A DNA stretch of 64,000 nt from Takakia lepidozioides (taxonomy: Eukaryota; Plantae; Bryophyta). The position numbers were made by a program, and so were the translations under genes. Positions 62,214-64,000 of this stretch are shown piece after piece. The notes below the pieces were generated by a model. That model did not search any database, was not told the origin of the DNA, and saw only the letters and a list, made by a program, of their open reading frames with translations. The DNA lies in assembly GCA_030704615.1 (NCBI GenBank), contig CM060732.1, positions 49,228,001 through 49,292,000 on the forward strand. The letters are read 5' to 3'. The first letter of the stretch is position 1. Every line of letters begins with the position of its first letter.

Positions 62214-64000
62214 TGTAATAAGTAGAGTTTGCAGTACCCTTGCTTCAACAAAGTACTAACATTTTTCTCCCTTATGTCAATAATTTTCTTGAGGGTCACC
62301 GTCCTCTCTTTAAAGGAAAAGAAAAAGAAAGTTCTAGATTAAGCTCCATTTAGTAGTTAAGTAGTAGCCCATTAAGCTCAAGTACTAGAGGATTCAATTA
62401 GATCTACCGTAGTGTTAGTTATTGATCGAGAGTCTGGTGATGAGGTGGGCATTGGAATCATCTGAGCTCTGGCTCAATGAGGGGGGATAAGATCTCAAAG
62501 CGAGGGCCCAACAGATAGTCCAGCCCTCCGCGAATAATCCATTTTGCTTTCTCACATTGCCGGGTGTGTTTGGGCTGTGGAGTCTTCCTGGAGTCTTGGG
62601 TGTCTCTCTTTGACTTCTATTTTTGTCTCTCGATGTCTCTAAAGAAAGGCTCAGCACTTGACAGATTTGTCTTTGTTGGAGAATAGTGCCTGGAAGTCTG
62701 ATCAACGCGTGTAGTTCGAGCTTTCAGGATGTGTCTCCAGGTGCTGCTTGGATGAGCTCACCATTGTGGGATTGCTAAGATGTTGCAACCATCGTGACTA
62801 GGGATCTGTTCGATACAAGGTTTTGAACAGTCCCAACGGGTCTTGCAGGCCCGTGTGATTGGGAGAACGAGACAACATCGTGTGCCCGGATCAAGATAAT
62901 GGAGCCGTGCCAGTAACCTTGAGTGCAGGTTCTCTGATCTAGAGTCATGGTAGGTCATGCTAGCTGGACGTGGTGATAGGTCGGCTGATAGCTTCTACCA
63001 CCCTAGCCTGCACTACAGCATAGTATAATTTAAGTCAATCGACAGGGGATGGACAGGCTCGTGTAAGATCAGCAGCTGAACCAAGGGAGGATTTTTCATG
63101 GAGTTAAGATGAACAGGATAATGCCTTCGATGGCCATGGCGCTCTACTTCAAGCTTTCGTGGGCCCTCTTGCTTTTTCTGTGCTCCATCGGACCTCTCTT
63201 TGGATCGGGAGCTCCCAGCACAGAGAGTCTTGAAAGTAAGTTGTTCTCCAGATCAGGCTTTCGGTTGTTGAAGTCCTGTAGATTCCGTACTTTCCACCAT
63301 TGATCAAAGTCTAGATCTAATGCCATAACTCAGTGTGCCGATTTCATGAAGCTTCTGTCTACGTTTGGAAGTTGGTGTTTATCAAGAATGGCTGTGATGA
63401 TCTTCCTGAGGTCGTCACGTCGCACGGACCTTCTCCGCTGGAAAGTGTATTACAAACCGTATGACTTCGCAGGCACGCCCTATCTGAACTTTCTGCAGCT
63501 TCGAAACTAGTACTCCGGGCCTACAAGGGTGCCTTCTTCTTTACCTTAGGCGAAAAATATGAACTGCAGAGTTTGGCCCTGGAACTTTGCAACCTGGGTG
63601 CAACCTAAATTCATGCGGCAGCCACTTGTGGGACCCCGTTGATGGGTTTTCTCCTCAGGGAGTTTCACACTTCAGTCGAACATTTAAATTAACGGAAGTG
63701 TAACGATTTCCCTGGATGCCTGGTCTGGCAATTCACTTGACTTTCTTTCAAGAACTCTATAGCTCCGCGCTTTCACACGTTGCGGACTACTTTCACCGAC
63801 TCGACTGTTCGACCCAGAAAATCTAGTTTTGATACGAAGTGTGGCGAGCCCACTAGGTCCAAGAGGTAGGCGTGCGCGTGGAGACAACAGTAAGGATCCC
63901 TTATAATCCAGGCCGGGTACCAAGTGACCAGTGCACTTTTTCAAGTCACGCTCGCTAGCAGGCTCCAAACCAAGCCTGACTGACCAGTGTCATGTTCAAT
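62214..64000 (-). mobile_element. Probable decayed retrotransposon gag-like region, running off the window end
   Basis: Broken minus-strand ORFs with coding-like composition. No diagnostic motif recognised. Confidence 0.3.

Overview
Eukaryotic land-plant genomic DNA, most likely from a lineage with flagellated sperm such as a bryophyte, lycophyte or fern (inferred from the CFAP97-like gene and the transposon spectrum). There are two clear protein-coding genes. One is a 24-exon SOS1/NHX7 Na+/H+ antiporter on the minus strand (7276-22477, about 1180 aa). The other is an intronless CFAP97/Hemingway-like cilia gene (28896-29573, +). Downstream of SOS1 is a ~2 kb minus-strand non-coding unit (about 4045-5990) with a TATA/telo-box promoter. 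It is a run of RNA hairpins that includes an H/ACA-like snoRNA complementary to 18S rRNA, two duplicated structured modules, and an unassigned ~280-nt multibranch RNA ending in ACA. The rest is transposon-rich: RTEX-like LINE copies concentrated in SOS1 introns, piggyBac elements (TTAA/CCCT ends, one with a decayed transposase), a PIF/Harbinger transposase and Tourist MITEs, a 5'-truncated chromovirus Ty3/gypsy, L1 fragments and tRNA-derived SINEs. A CACTA end is followed by co-oriented captured host-gene fragments (GlnRS, WRKY, plastid Hsp70, PPR). All family assignments come from recognising motifs by eye; no database search was run.
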